A DNA stretch of 64,000 nt from Hypanus sabinus (lineage: Eukaryota), in NCBI RefSeq assembly GCF_030144855.1, contig NC_082714.1, positions 93,434,001 to 93,498,000 of the forward strand, written 5' to 3'. Shown piece after piece: positions 39,203 through 52,250 of the stretch; position 1 is the stretch's first letter; each line of letters begins with the position of its first letter. The notes under the pieces were generated by a model. The model saw nothing but the letters and a program-made list of their open reading frames with translations. It was not told where the DNA came from and did not search any database. A program made the translations under genes and the position numbers.

Positions 39203-39491
39203 NNNNNNNNNNNNNNNNNNNNNNNNNNNNNNNNNNNNNNNNNNNNNNNNNNNNNNNNNNNNNNNNNNNNNNNNNNNNNNNNNNNNNNNNNNNNNNNNNN
39301 NNNNNNNNNNNNNNNNNNNNNNNNNNNNNNNNNNNNNNNNNNNNNNNNNNNNNNNNNNNNNNNNNNNNNNNNNNNNNNNNNNNNNNNNNNNNNNNNNNNN
39401 NNNNNNNNNNNNNNNNNNNNNNNNNNNNNNNNNNNNNNNNNNNNNNNNNNNNNNNNNNNNNNNNNNNNNNNNNNNNNNNNNNNNNNNNNNN
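39203..39491. other. Assembly gap (289 N)
   Basis: N run, about 110 bp upstream of the minus-strand V relic. Confidence 1.
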
Positions 39492-39559
39492 ATGAATGGA
39501 TGGGCGAAGAAAGGGAAAGAGTTAGAGACAGATAGGGACAGAAATTGCCTTAAATACTC

Positions 39560-41840
39560 CCAAAGGACGTGGGCTCCACAGCTGCCTGTGCTAATAAATT
39601 CCATAACTGCACCACCTTCTGGCTAAAGAAATTTCTCATCATCTCTGTTTTAAATGGACACGCCTGAGGCTGTGCCCTCTTGCACAAGACTCCCCCATCA
39701 TGTGAAACATGCTTTCTACATCTACTCTGCCTAGGTATTTCAAAGTAGGGTAGTTTTAAAAGAGATTCCTCCCTCCCCCTACCTTCTACATGCCAGTGAA
39801 TATAGACTCAGCGCGTTCCCCCTGTGATAAGGCTTTCATTCTCAGTCATCCTTGTGAACCTCACTTGAATTCTCTTCAATGCCAGCACATTTTCTTTCAG
39901 ATGAAGAGCTCGAAATAGTTTACAACACTCAAGATGAGCCGCACCAGTGTCTTGTAAAGCCACAGCATCACACACCTGACCTTGTATTCTAGACCTCTTG
40001 AAATGAATGCTAAATTGCATTTGCGTTCCACATCACCGACTCCACCTGCTGTAACGGTCCCTTCTGGAAAACGCCCACCTGGCTATTTTCCTCAGGAATT
40101 GGGCCTCAATCACCTCGTTGAGTTCCCAATCATTCCTAGGTTCCACTAACAGCAAACACATGCTTTCCATCAGCAAATGCAGTATAAAAACCCCGTGACC
40201 ACAACAAGGAGCTGCCAGTTCGTTGGTCGAGTCATGTACGAACAACCTTGTTCTATGGTTCTTAGGACTATCAGTTCTAAGTCTAGAATCGTTCCCGAAT
40301 TCTCTACTGAAACCAATACTCCGGGTAAAGACTCCCTTGGCAACCATTCCGCGCCCGTGTTCAGCACTTGGGTTCGTTCCTTGGAACACCTGCACGATAA
40401 TATTTAGTGTTTTCTGCACAAGGGCTACCAAGGCCCTTTACATATCAGATTTTGGGATTTTTTTTCGTATTTAGAAGATAGTCTGCTCAATTATTTCTTC
40501 TACATGTCCATGCATTTTCCAGCATTGTATTTCATTTGCCACTTTCTTGCTCATTTTCACAATCTGTCTAAATGCTGCAGCATACCTGTTTGCTCAACAC
40601 TACCTGCAACTACACCTATCTTCGTAACATCTGCAGAATTAGCAAGGAAGCCATCTATTCCGGAATCTAAATAATTAATATGGAGCATAAAACGAAGCCG
40701 TCCGAATACTGACCCCTGCAGAACACTACTAGTCACTGGCAGCCAATCAAAAAAAGTTTCCTTTTATTCCCTCTCACTGCCCTTGCCAATCATCCAATGT
40801 TGTAATCGTGCCAGTAACCTTTCAGTAATACTATGAGCTCTTAACTTGGCAAGCAGCTTCATGCATGACACCTTGTCAAAAGCCTTCTTAAATTCCAAAT
40901 ATAAAAGATCCACCTCCTTTATCTATTCTACATGTAATCTCATTATAGAATTTTAACAGGTTGGTCAGGCAAGAATTTCTCTGAAGGGAAGCCCTCTGGC
41001 AGCATGCCAGAGTTCATGATTCTTGCAAGATCATTACTAATGCCTGCACAATGTCTACAGCTACCTCCTTCAGAACCCTATGGGGCAGTTCATCTGGCCT
41101 GGATGACTTATCTTAGTCGTTTCAGCGTTTTACCTTCTCCTTTGTAATAGTAACTGCACTCACTTCTCTTCACTGCACCCTGCAAAAGCTGGCACAGTGC
41201 TAGCGTCTTCCACAGTGAGGACAGATGCAAAATAAGCATTTGGTTAATCTATTATTATTTCTCTGCACTCATTTTCCCATCGGTCTTATATCAACTCTCA
41301 CTTCTTTCTTTTTTACATACTTCGGAAAAGCTGTTACTAAACACTTTGATATAGTTTGTGAGCTTGTTTTTATTTTTCATCTTTTCTCACCTAATGATGA
41401 TTTTCATTGCTCTCTAGGTTTTGAAGAGCTGCCCAATCGTCTGTCTTCTCACAAATTTTTGCATTGTGATATGCCCTCTGTTTTACTTTTACATTAGCTT
41501 GGTTTTCCCTTGTCATCCCAGGTTGTGCTATTTTTCCAAATGACTATTTATTTATTGTTGGATTACATCTATCCGACATCTTTCCCATTTTTTCCCAGAA
41601 TCTCACACCACTGATGCTCTGCTGGCATCTCCTTCCAACCTACATTGGTCAACTGCTCTCTCATGCAACTGAAATTTCCTCTACTCCACTGACAACTGCC
41701 AACCACAAACATCCTTCAGCCACGATTTCAGTGATGGCCACAACATCATACATGACGATCTGCAATCGTGCAGCAAGATCATCCACTTTATTTTTTATCC
41801 TCCGTGCATTGTGCCCCAGTGACTCCGTGTGTTAGATCTG
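39560..41840 (-). mobile_element. Decayed CR1 fragments, with an LTR-like insert at about 40050-40402
   Basis: CR1 RT-like text (HLECCKLFRALHLK, ENVLALKRIQVRFTRM); insert begins TGTAAC but no clean TSD is seen. Confidence 0.65.
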
Positions 41841-44389
41841 GATATTTCAATTCCATTCACTGTATGCCTGCAACTCACTCGAGGCTGCTGGCTGATTAGG
41901 TGAATATTATTTTTCTCAAAATAAACTTTACCCGGAAATTTAAAAAGTATTGAATAAACGATCCAATATCTTCTTATTATCACATTCCTAATCAATGTTT
42001 TCACTGCTGGTCTATTACATTCCTTTAAAACCAATTGGACTGTGGGCACTTATGTGGCCCCCTGGGGGTCGTATAGTTCTAAGCAAGTGAGGGGCTTACT
42101 CATCCAATCCGGATCCTCTCTCCAGCAGCCGTAGAACCCCACAGTGTGGTCCTCCCCTTGTGAGCTCTACGGAATAGTTCAATATGTTGGGTCTTTATTG
42201 CCTGGAACATAAAAGATTGAGGGGTGATTTGATAAAGGTGTACAAAATTATGAGGGGTAAATGCAAGCGAATTTTCCCCACGGTTGTTGGCTGAGACTAC
42301 AAGTAGAAGTCATGGGTTGAACGTGAAAGATGGAAGGGTTAAGCGGAAAATGAGGAGGAACTTCTTCATTCAGAGGGCATTGAAAATGCGGAACGAGTTG
42401 CCAGCTGAAGTTGTGAATGCGAATTAGATTTCAATATTTAAGAAATATTTGGAGAGGTCCGTGGTAAGTGAGGAGTGGAGGGCGATGCTCCAGATGCAGT
42501 TCGATGGGACGAGGCAGCTTAATATTTCGGTACAGACTAAACGGGCCAAAGGCCTGCTTCTGCGTTGGCGTCTTCTATGACCCACTGCACCTCTTGCTGA
42601 ATCCCCAAATTAGGAATGTTTTGAAGTGAACGGTGTTGACAGGTTAGTGGAGGGTAACAATATTAGGGGATTGGGAAATTGCATTGGCGGGGTCGCTGCA
42701 GTTTCGTACTTGCACTGTGACAGTATTTCACTGCCAGATCGTACAACGGTCTGAAACTTCATCGACCTCAATCATATTGGTTTAAACAATCGCACGGTCG
42801 AACAATTGTGATTCCTTCCCAGTGTGCAGAGGTGACAGCGGTCACTCAAACAACTGGAAGAAAACAGATGCCCCAGTCTGTTTATTTGACTACTGTGTTC
42901 CATTCGTTAGAAGAGAGCCCACAAAGAAAGACGTTTATTGATCTTTTATTTCTTGTTGGAATGTCCGAAAATGTGTCAGGCGATATGGAAATGAAAGCTG
43001 TTTTTTTGTTTGCTTGTCATGTCTCGTTTGAGACATCCTCAAAGCTATCACCACATGGTCACTCGTGGGACGTCCAGCAGATCCCTTTCCTGCTTCGAAA
43101 CTCCTTGTCCATTGACGGCTCGGCCTGTGCCCATCTCCTGACAAATACAACTGACACACCAGTTGGTTTCAGAATTTTCTGGATATTATTGGGAATGGAG
43201 CTGTGAATATCCAGGAACGCAATTGCTGTATCTGCTGCGCTGCGGATTCAGTGGTTCTGACATCAGTAGTGTATGTCAGCGTAGAGATTGCTTCAGTATC
43301 CCAAAGTAAAGAGATTTGGGATCAAATTGCAAAGATAAAAGTAATTTTATTATCCAAGTTTACGTATGTCAGCAAATACAAAACTGAGCTTCGCTGTCTT
43401 GCGGGCATAGTCAGTAAATCCACAAACCACAACAGAATTAACGAATGACCGCAGAAAATAGAATGGAAATAGACCCAGTGAGCAAAAGGGAACAATCTAT
43501 GTAAATACAAAGTAAAAATAAAAATAAAGAAAAAATAATAAATAAATAACCAATGCATATAGAACATGAGCAAAGGGGGCATGGTCTGGGTGGTGGGTGT
43601 GCTCGATGATTGATGCTGCTTTCCATTGACAGCCTCTCCTTGTAGATTTCTCAAATGTTGGGAAGGGACTGACCCGTGATGGACTGGACAGTATCCGCTA
43701 CGTTTTGTAGGATTTTTCTTTCAAGGGCATTGGCGCGTTTCCATGCTAGGCCGCGATGCAAACAGCCAATACACCCTCCACTGCACCTCTACGGACGTTT
43801 GTGAAAGGTTCCAATGTCATGCCGATATGCCGTAAGCATCTAAGGAAGTAGAGACGGTGCCATGCTTTCGTTGTAACTGCACTTTTGTGCAGAGCCCAGA
43901 ACAGATTCTCTGAAACAGAAACATCGAGGATTTAAAAATTGCTGACCCTCTGCACCCTGTTTGTTGAAGTAGGACTGGCTCTTATACCTCCAGTTTGCTC
44001 CCCCTGAAGTGAATACGCAGCTCATTCTTTTGCTTACGTTGAGTGAAAGAATGTTGTTGTGGCACCACTTAGCCAGATTGTCAGTCTTCTTCCGACCTGC
44101 TGATTTGTCACCAACTTTGATTCTGAAAACATCAGAGGTGGCGTTAGCAGACTTAAATATGGCATTGTAGCTGTGCTTAGCCTCACATTCATAAGTGTGC
44201 AGCGAGTAAAATAGTAAGCCAAGTATACGTCTATTTTGTGCACACGTGCTGATGGAAATTGTGTAAGAGGTGCTGTTTCTAATACTAACTGGCTAGGGTC
44301 TGGAATTGAGGAAATCGAGGATACAGTTGCACAAGAAGGCATTGAGGTCAAGCACTTGAAGCTTCTTGGTTTAGATTTCAGGGGTGATG

Positions 44390-45395
44390 GTGTATCTCTT
44401 AGGTATTCAACAAACTCACTCTCTTCAGATCCATTACTATTCTGCATGATAAACTCTGCCGAAACTACTGTAATCTTGCCTTTACTATTTCGTGTTGTAA
44501 CGCGTGGTCCACCTCCTAGCTTCTGTTGGGACGCCTGTATATAAGTGCCATCAATGTCCTCTTACCCTTGCAGTATCTTAACTCAACCCACAATGATTCA
44601 GCATCTTCCAGTCCTATGTCACATCTGATTTGATTCCGTTCTTCACTAGCAGGGCCACACCACCCCCTCTACTTACTTTCCTATCCCTCCAATATAACGT
44701 GTAACCTTGGACGTTCAGCTCCCAACTACAACCATCCCTCAGCCACAATCAACTGATGGCCACAACATCATACCGGCAATCTGTAATATTTCAACAAGAT
44801 CAACCAACTTATTCGTTATATTACGCGCATATATATACAACACCTTGAGGACAGTAATAGATATCCTTTCTGATTTTGCATCCATAACGATTTGATTCTC
44901 TGCCTGCTGGCTGCAAAGAAGCAGCATCACCTGCGTGTCCTTCCTGACAATCTGACTGCACGCTATCTTCAATTTTTTACCATCCGTCCTGTTCTGAGTC
45001 CCTTCACAACGGTTCCCACCAACCTTTCAAGTTAGTTTAAACCCTTCCCTACAGCCCTAACAAACCTATCCTCCAGAATATTGGTCACCCTCGGCTTCAG
45101 GTGCAACCCATCTATTTTGACCGGTCATAACTCCCCCAGAAGAGATCCCAATTATCCAAGAACCTGAAGCCCTGCCCGCAGCATCAGCCTCTCAGTCACG
45201 TATTTATCTGCCAAATAGTCCTGCTTTTACCCTCACTGGCACAGGCGGCAATCCAGAAATTACTACTCGGGTGGTCCTGCTTTTCAGCTTTCTAGCTAGC
45301 TCTCTAAATCCACTTTTCAGGACCTCATTTTTTTTCCTTCCCATGAAATTGGTACCAATATGCACCAAGAAATCTGGCAACTCTCTCTCTCTCTA
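44390..45395 (-). mobile_element. CR1 ORF1/EN fragment abutting the truncated IgL cluster 2 leader
   Basis: Colinear with the CR1 at 17.7-19.0 kb (YIYARNITNKL, CT run at the same place); ends about 25 bp before leader homology begins. Confidence 0.8.
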
Positions 45396-45418
45396 TCTAT
45401 CATTTCGGCGCTCGTTGT

Positions 45419-45893
45419 CTGCATCTCCTGTGGGTTCTGCTGCCCATTTACCAGGTGAGAGTCGGATGAGTTCACTCACGGATTATCCATTAAAATTGGG
45501 ATTACTGCTGATTTTTATTTCGCTCCAAGTCGCCCAGTGGTTTTATTGTGTTTTATTGCAGATATCCACGTGTCCCCAGTGTTCAGTCTGACCCCAGTGG
45601 CTGGACCTGTTTCCGCGGGACAAACCCTCCGCTTAGAGTGTTGGATACAGAACGATAATGTTGGCAGGTTCGACATGAACTGGTACCGATAGCGTCCAGG
45701 GGAGAGACCGGAATGGGTGTTAGAACATTACCCAAACAATAATATATACAGAGGGAGAGGGATCACAGACCCTCCAGCAACAGTCACATCCTGACCATCA
45801 GCCGTTTGGAGCCCTGGGATTCAGCTGTCTATTACTGTGATACGTGGGACAATGGATTGATGTTCGGCCCAGGCACTATCCTGTATATTACGA
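45419..45893 (+). pseudogene. IgL cluster 2: 5'-truncated leader and germline-joined VJ pseudo-exon
   Basis: Leader remnant 45419-45454 lacks ATG; 107-bp intron; VJ 45562-45893 has CAG>TAG at 45690-45692 and is 22 bp shorter than cluster 1 at 45770/45771 (frameshift); ends YYCDTWDNGLMFGPGTILYIT|gtaagt. Confidence 0.92.
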
Positions 45894-47605
45894 GTAAGTG
45901 ACTCCCTCATTCAGTTCCAAACATTTTCTAGTACAGTCGCTCTCGGTGCCCACAGCTGGATAAAACCCCGTCCAGGGGAGAGTTGTCATATATCTACACT
46001 GTGGGTGGTTCCATCTTTTCAGTCTGGCACAAGAGACTGTTCCGCCCACAGAGTCAGACCGAGCAATTAAACTAATGATCTCTTGAATTGTGAAATTTTT
46101 TTCGTTGGACACTTTTTACATACTTCAGTCGGTGTAGCAGAATTCAATACTTTCTGACCTTCCTCCTCTTTAACACAATTGGTCCTGTGAATTGCATGAT
46201 TGGTATTGGTTTATTTTTGCCGCTTTTCACAAGATACAATGAATTATTTGTCTTGCATACTGTCCATTAAGATTACGTGATGACAGTGCATTGAGTTAAA
46301 CACAGATTAATGCAGAATTAAATGTAACAGCCACACAAGAAGTGCAGTGCAGGTAGATAAGTTGAAGGATCATAAGGAGGTAGATAGTGAGTTCAATCGT
46401 GCATCTTATCCTACCAGAGAACCATTCGAAAGTATATTATCGCGCCCCCTCTATGACGTCAAATTAAAGCAATCCCTGTTGTCTACACATACCCCCTATC
46501 CCTCCATTCTCATCATACTCATGTCTCCGTCTAACAGATTCTTAAACGTCCCTACACTATCTTCCTCATCCTCATGCATCCATCACTTTGTTAAAAAGTA
46601 AAACTTCACCGAAATTCTTTAAATTTTTCTCCTTTGGCTAAGATTTCTGCCCTGGCAAAAAAATCTTGACTGTCGATCCTATCGCTATTTTACATACTGT
46701 CTTGAATAATGTTCACACCTAGTTCGGGTAAAAGATCACTACCACAAGCATGACCTCTACCCGTCCCTCTTCATTCATCACCTCTGAGGACATGTTTGTT
46801 GCCAATATTCCATAATTTTTTAGGCTGCGGTAAATCCTGGACCGCAGGGCAGAATGTTCACCACTTCAAGCTAGCGCAATTCGCAGTTTCTCATGAAGAA
46901 CAGCGTCATTATGACTTTAGGAAACACAGGAGAAAAACATCAGATCAAAAATAATACACACAAGCGAATATTGTTGGGCAGACAACAGACTGATCACAGA
47001 GTCGAACGGCAACACGCGGGTTAGTAGGGGTTCGGAATGCAGTCTGGTTCTGAACGAGAACTTTTGCATTTTCCCTCTTCTCATCCGTTCACAGACCAGC
47101 TCTTTTTTTCTGTCATTTCTTCTTCTACAACAGGGTCCCGAGTCTTGGATATGCACTGAGTTTTCCCGACGCGAGACATCCCAGGGAGCCTTCGTTCTAT
47201 TAACAACTGAAAGTGCAATATTCTCAGTTGTTGTCCTAAGAGTTCAAGGTTTGGGATTATTGGAGAGCAACAAGGAACTGTTCGCAATAGAAGGATCAAT
47301 CATATGGGAACGGTGTGGGGCTTTAGCGAAGAGATTGAGTAGTGTTGATGTTATCTTTTAACACAATGCAGTGCTGAGAGCAGAGTGGATTCAAAAATAT
47401 TTAAAAAAAATAAATTATGTCACGTCCTAACCACGAAAGGCTGCGAATAATCCCTGCAACTCTTCACTCAGAGACTTGTACCCGAGAGCTCAAGTGCGCC
47501 GTATATTGTGTCCCAATGTCTGTGTTATTTTCGTGTTGGTGTTTCTATCTTTAAACAGTCCACGGAATAATATTGTTTCTATTCCCCTTCTTCTCTCTCA
47601 CACAG

Positions 47606-47934
47606 GTTGTGAGTCCCGGGAGCCCGCAATTATCCTGCTCCCTCCCTCTCCGGAGGAGACCGGCTCGGGTTCGGCCACTCTCTCCTGTCTGGTGAGTGAT
47701 TTTAAGCCGGGCGTAGTAGCCCTGCGCTGGACCGTGGATGGAGTCGAGACGGAGAGCGGGGTGACGACAAGCGCCGTGTCCCTAGACACCGACCAGACCT
47801 ACAGACTGAGCAGTTACCTGCGGGTTCCCGTCGCTGCCTGGAACAAGGGCTCGAGCTATTCCTGCAGCGTGAGTCACAGCTCGCTGAGCTCGCCGCTGCG
47901 CAACACCATTTCTTCGACCGCCTGTGCAGAGTGA
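47606..47934 (+). CDS. IgL cluster 2 constant exon, open frame but attached to a pseudogene V
   Basis: Acceptor cacacag|GT; CESREPAIILLPPSPEETGSGSATLSCLVSDFKPG...YSCSVSHSSLSSPLRNTISSTACAE*; colinear with the cluster 1 C exon. Confidence 0.88.
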
Positions 47935-48221
47935 GAGTGTATCGGCTTGCAGTACACGCGGATAGTTTGCTGTTGTTTAATGCTGTGAAGTAATGACTTG
48001 GTCTCTGTAGCAGCCTATTGCAATGTAATTGTGTAGCAATGTTCACTTATGGAAACAATCAGAATGTTTAATAATTTCAGAACAGCTGGCAATAATCCAT
48101 TTTTTGCGAAGGATAATTCTGTGTAGAAATGTCCCCACTGTGCTATGTCTGAACCACCGCTCTTTGTAGACTCAGGAGCGATCTCCCGCACTGTGATTTG
48201 AACTTATGTAACACAACTCTA

Positions 48222-48227
48222 AATAAA
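48222..48227 (+). terminator. Polyadenylation signal, IgL cluster 2
   Basis: AATAAA at the position homologous to 23974. Confidence 0.65.
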
Positions 48228-48370
48228 AGTGTATATTTATCGTGTCTTGTCTTTACTCGGCTGCTAGCTGTAGGTTAGGGGGAATGGTCGCGGATAACGT
48301 ACCGTCTAGGAGCCTCAATCAGAATTACAGTTAAATCGACACCGTCAGCACCCACCACACCCACACCCAT

Positions 48371-49150
48371 TTGAAGAATATTCATGTTCTTAAATTTCCT
48401 GCACATCTATGCACCTACCGTAAAGCCTCTAGAAGGACCCTATCGCATTTACCTTCATCAACATCTTCGGCAGTGAATTCCGGGCTCCTCCCGCTCCCTG
48501 TGCTACAAAAGGGACCCGCACATCTGCTGTGAACTTATTCCGGTTTATCTTGAACGCTTCGCTCGTTTCAACAATGTGGAAAAGCGATACTGGATACCTT
48601 TCATATCTGTGTCTCTCATAGTATGTAAATCTCTGTCAAATAGCCCCTCAGTCTCGGAGGTTCTAAAGAAAACATCCCATGTTTGCTCAAGTTCAAGTTC
48701 AAGTTTAGTTTATTGTCATTCAGCCGTTCATATGTATATCGCCAAACGAAACAACGTTCCTCCGGACCAAGTTGCACAACGCAGTGCATATAACATACAC
48801 ACCACACATTAAGTAATATAACCATAGTAACCCAAAGTAAATTATCAAGTAATACGATGCATACAGCACAAGTCAAAGGGAAACAATAGAACGCTATTGG
48901 CACTTCATAGGTGCTGAGACGTGAGTGGTGGCAGGGAGCTTAGTATTCTTATGGCTTGTGGGATGAAACTGTTTCCACCCTAAAAGTTCTTGTTTTAATG
49001 TTCCGGTACCGCCAGCCTGATAGTAGGGGATAAGAAAAATTGTTGGAGGAATGGGAGCGATTATTGACAATGCTAAGAATTCGTATGCAGGGCCAGACTC
49101 ACCTTAAATCAGATGCTCTCCATTCCAGACAACATCACAGAAAACTTCTT
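48371..49150 (+). repeat. Local duplication of a composite TE block, second copy 52388-53168
   Basis: Same CR1-end / (CAAGTT)n junction and flanks in both copies. Confidence 0.85.
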
Positions 49151-50890
49151 ATCCTAAATGCATGTCTTTAGCAGATCTCTTTGCAATCTCAATTCCACAT
49201 CTTGGCAAGTATTAGGAGGCATATGCATAATTCCCAGAATACCTAGACATGAATCCTATCATGTTTTCTTTTAACCTTGCAATTTCCTAACTTCACCCAC
49301 AAAGATACAACCTTCCCTGACCCGGTGTCAACTCTTTCTGAAGACGTAATACCATCCCTTACCCACAGAACCCAACCACCACCTATGCGTTCACGTCTGT
49401 CCTTTCAAAACAAATTATATCTCCTGATGTTAAGCTCCCAGCTGCCAGCTCTGAGCTTCTTTCAAATATGACTCAGTGATACCTACAAAGTCATACCAAC
49501 AAATCTCTAATTGCGCCAAGAGTTCGTCCACTCCATTCCGAAAGCTACACGCTTTGAAACACATCACCTTCATTCCTGCATTTTCGCCCTTTTGAATTCT
49601 GCTTTTGTACCATTTAACACTTTGCTCTATTTGCATTTGAACCCGATCAATGGACTGTTATTCATTACATTCATGTTACACCCATCATCTACTTGTAAAC
49701 CTGTTGGCTCACCCTCAGCTCTACCATACTGGTTCCTACCTCTCTACTATATTAGTTTAAACCACTTCCAACAGCTCTAATAAATCTGTCTAAAAGAATA
49801 TTGGACCCCATGGGATCCAAATGCAAAATAGCTCTTTTGTACAGCTCTCACCTGCACAGAGGAAGTCCCAATTATTCAGAAATCTTAATTCCTGCCCCCG
49901 GCTCCTATTCTTCAGCCACGCATTTATCAGCCAGCACTTCATTTTATTCCTATTCTCACTGTCGTGTGGCACAGTCAGTGATGCCGTGATGACTACCTTT
50001 AAGGGCGTGCTTCTCAGGTTTTTTCTCAACTCACTGTATTCTGGTTTCATGACCTTCTCCTTATTATTCCGATTTCATTGGTACCAATACAAAGACATCG
50101 AAATATAGAAAATCTTCAGCACAATACAGGAGTTTCGGCTTTCTATGCCGTGCAGAACATGTACCTAGTTTAGAAATTACCTAGGGTTACCCAAAGCCCT
50201 CTATTTTTCCAAGCTCCATGTACCTGCCCAGGAGTCTCTTAAAAGTTCCTATCATATCCGAATCCATCACAGTAGCTGGCAGCCCATTTCATGCCTTCAC
50301 CACTCTCTGTGTAAAAGAAAGACTTGCCCTGACATCTCTTTTGTAGCTACTTCCAAGCACCTTAAGACTGTGCCCACTCGTGTTAGCCATTTCAGCCCTG
50401 GAGAAAAGCCGCAGAGTATCCCCACGATCAATCCCTCTCCTTATCTCATACACTTCTATAAAGCACCTCTCATCCTCCGTCGGTCCAAGGGCAAACGGGC
50501 TAGTTCGCTCAACCAATTCTCGTATGTCATGCTCCACAATTCAGCCAACATCCTTGTAAATCTCCCCTGCGCCCTTTCTATAGTTTCCACATACTTTCTG
50601 TGGTGAGGTGACCAGAACTGAGCACAGTACTCCAGGTGGGGTCCAACCGGGGCCCTATAAAGCTGTAACATTACCTCACGACTCTAAAACTCAATCCCAC
50701 GGTTGATGTATGCATTCCTGACCACTCAGTCAACCTGTGCAGCTGCTTTGAGTGCCCAATGGACTTGGACCCCAAGATCCCTCTGATCCTCCACACTGCC
50801 AAGAGTCTTACCATTAATACTCTATTCTGCCCTCATAATTGACCTACGAAAGTGAACCACCTCACACAATCTGGTTTGAACTCCATCAGC
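49100..50890 (-). mobile_element. CR1 fragments (ORF1/EN and 3' RT)
   Basis: KVVITASLTVP..WLKNRSRGQELRFLNNW; GPHLEYCAQFWSPH. Confidence 0.75.
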
Positions 50891-51642
50891 CTCTTCTGTA
50901 ATTTAACTTTTTTATTGAAGAAATGACACAATACAAAATAGGTAATGCATTACATTTTCCTCCATTTAGCTTTCATATCTTACCTCTAAACAAAACTCCC
51001 TTCACCCGCCCTCTTCGAATATATCTGGGAAGCTAATGTATTTACAATGCAACACTTCACAAATACAAGTACGGACATTTCACGTCCCTGTTTCCTGACT
51101 TTGCAAACCACTGACGCTCTTGCTAATCGAGAAACAATCAACCTCTGCTTTCAATGTATCAGCTTTAAACTCAGCTGGCTACATTATGGCCAACACTCTC
51201 CTCAGTATCCAGGACACTCAAAAGCCCATGCTTCAGCAAGGGGCATGTATCATTATAGACCCCATCACTCAGGACATTCGCTCTACGCATTGTTTCAAGA
51301 TGGAACTATAAGAGTCTGAAAAGTTTTAGGATCAGCTTCTTCCCGTCCTCTATCAGATATCGGAATGGATAATTAACCCATGAATGCTACCTCACGATTT
51401 CCCTCTCTTTTTGCACAGAGAGACAGCCAGACACATACATATACTTCTTATTGTAAGTTATAGTTGCTCATTGTAATATATTGCTACAGCAATGCAGCAA
51501 GTTTCACAACAGATACCTGATTCGGATAATACGTTGGATTTATGTACAATCTGTTGAGTATTTAGGACACACAGGCCAACAAATGCAGATTGGAACTGAT
51601 GTTAAATTACTTTGAATTGGCAGTCGTTCCTATGTCCTTAAG

Positions 51643-51762
51643 ACAGCCAGCAGCTCCGACTCTGTCATGTGCTTTCAACCGGCCTGGCGGCGACCCTCGT
51701 GTTCATTGCTGTTGGGGCGACCACTGTGGTCATTGGGAAGTATCGGGATGAATGCAAACCAG
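51643..51762 (+). other. Orphan transmembrane-type exon
   Basis: 120 nt, phase 1-1, ttcctatgtccttaag| ... CCAG|gtaacg; open: DSQQLRLCHVLSTGLAATLVFIAVGATTVVIGKYRDECKP (hydrophobic helix, then charged stop-transfer residues). Confidence 0.5.
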
Positions 51763-51989
51763 GTAACGTGCTGGCCTTAACCCAATCATGACCTGAACCT
51801 CTCGCCAAACGGTGAATAATCCTTTTGAAGAATAGCTCACTTCTAAACATCTCTTTCAATCAGTAAAAGGAGAAACCGCAGGCAAAAGTACCACCACCTG
51901 GCGGAAGGATCGAGAATGTGATGCAAGTAGACTCAATTTCAGGTTAATGCGCTGTCCCGGCGTTTTCGTCCACACGAGTTTCTAGAGTT

Positions 51990-52250
51990 AACAGAGTCTG
52001 GTGCAAAAAAACATGAAAACAAGCAAAATCCAGAGCGTGGCATTGATGTGGACAAAAACGACTCGTTAATGAGAGAGATCAGAGGAGAACGGGAAGACTG
52101 TTTCAAGATGATAGGAAGATGAAAGTAACTTAAATTAGCACGTGTTACGACAGTGGTGTCGGAAAAACATCTCGGAGTGAACATTGCGTCGAACTTCGTA
52201 GAGAATGGGCTACAACAGCAGAACACCGCACCGGGTTCCACTCCTGTATC
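51990..52250 (+). mobile_element. Tc1/mariner transposase fragment
   Basis: gatcagaggagaacgggaagactg...aatgggctacaacagcagaacaccgcaccgggttccactcctg, typical fish Tc1 sequence. Confidence 0.7.

Noticed and set aside
47860-47940. Membrane-bound light chain by splicing C2 to the 51643 TM exon
   Set aside because: Candidate GTGAG donors in or at the end of C are phase 0 or 2, while the TM exon is phase 1.
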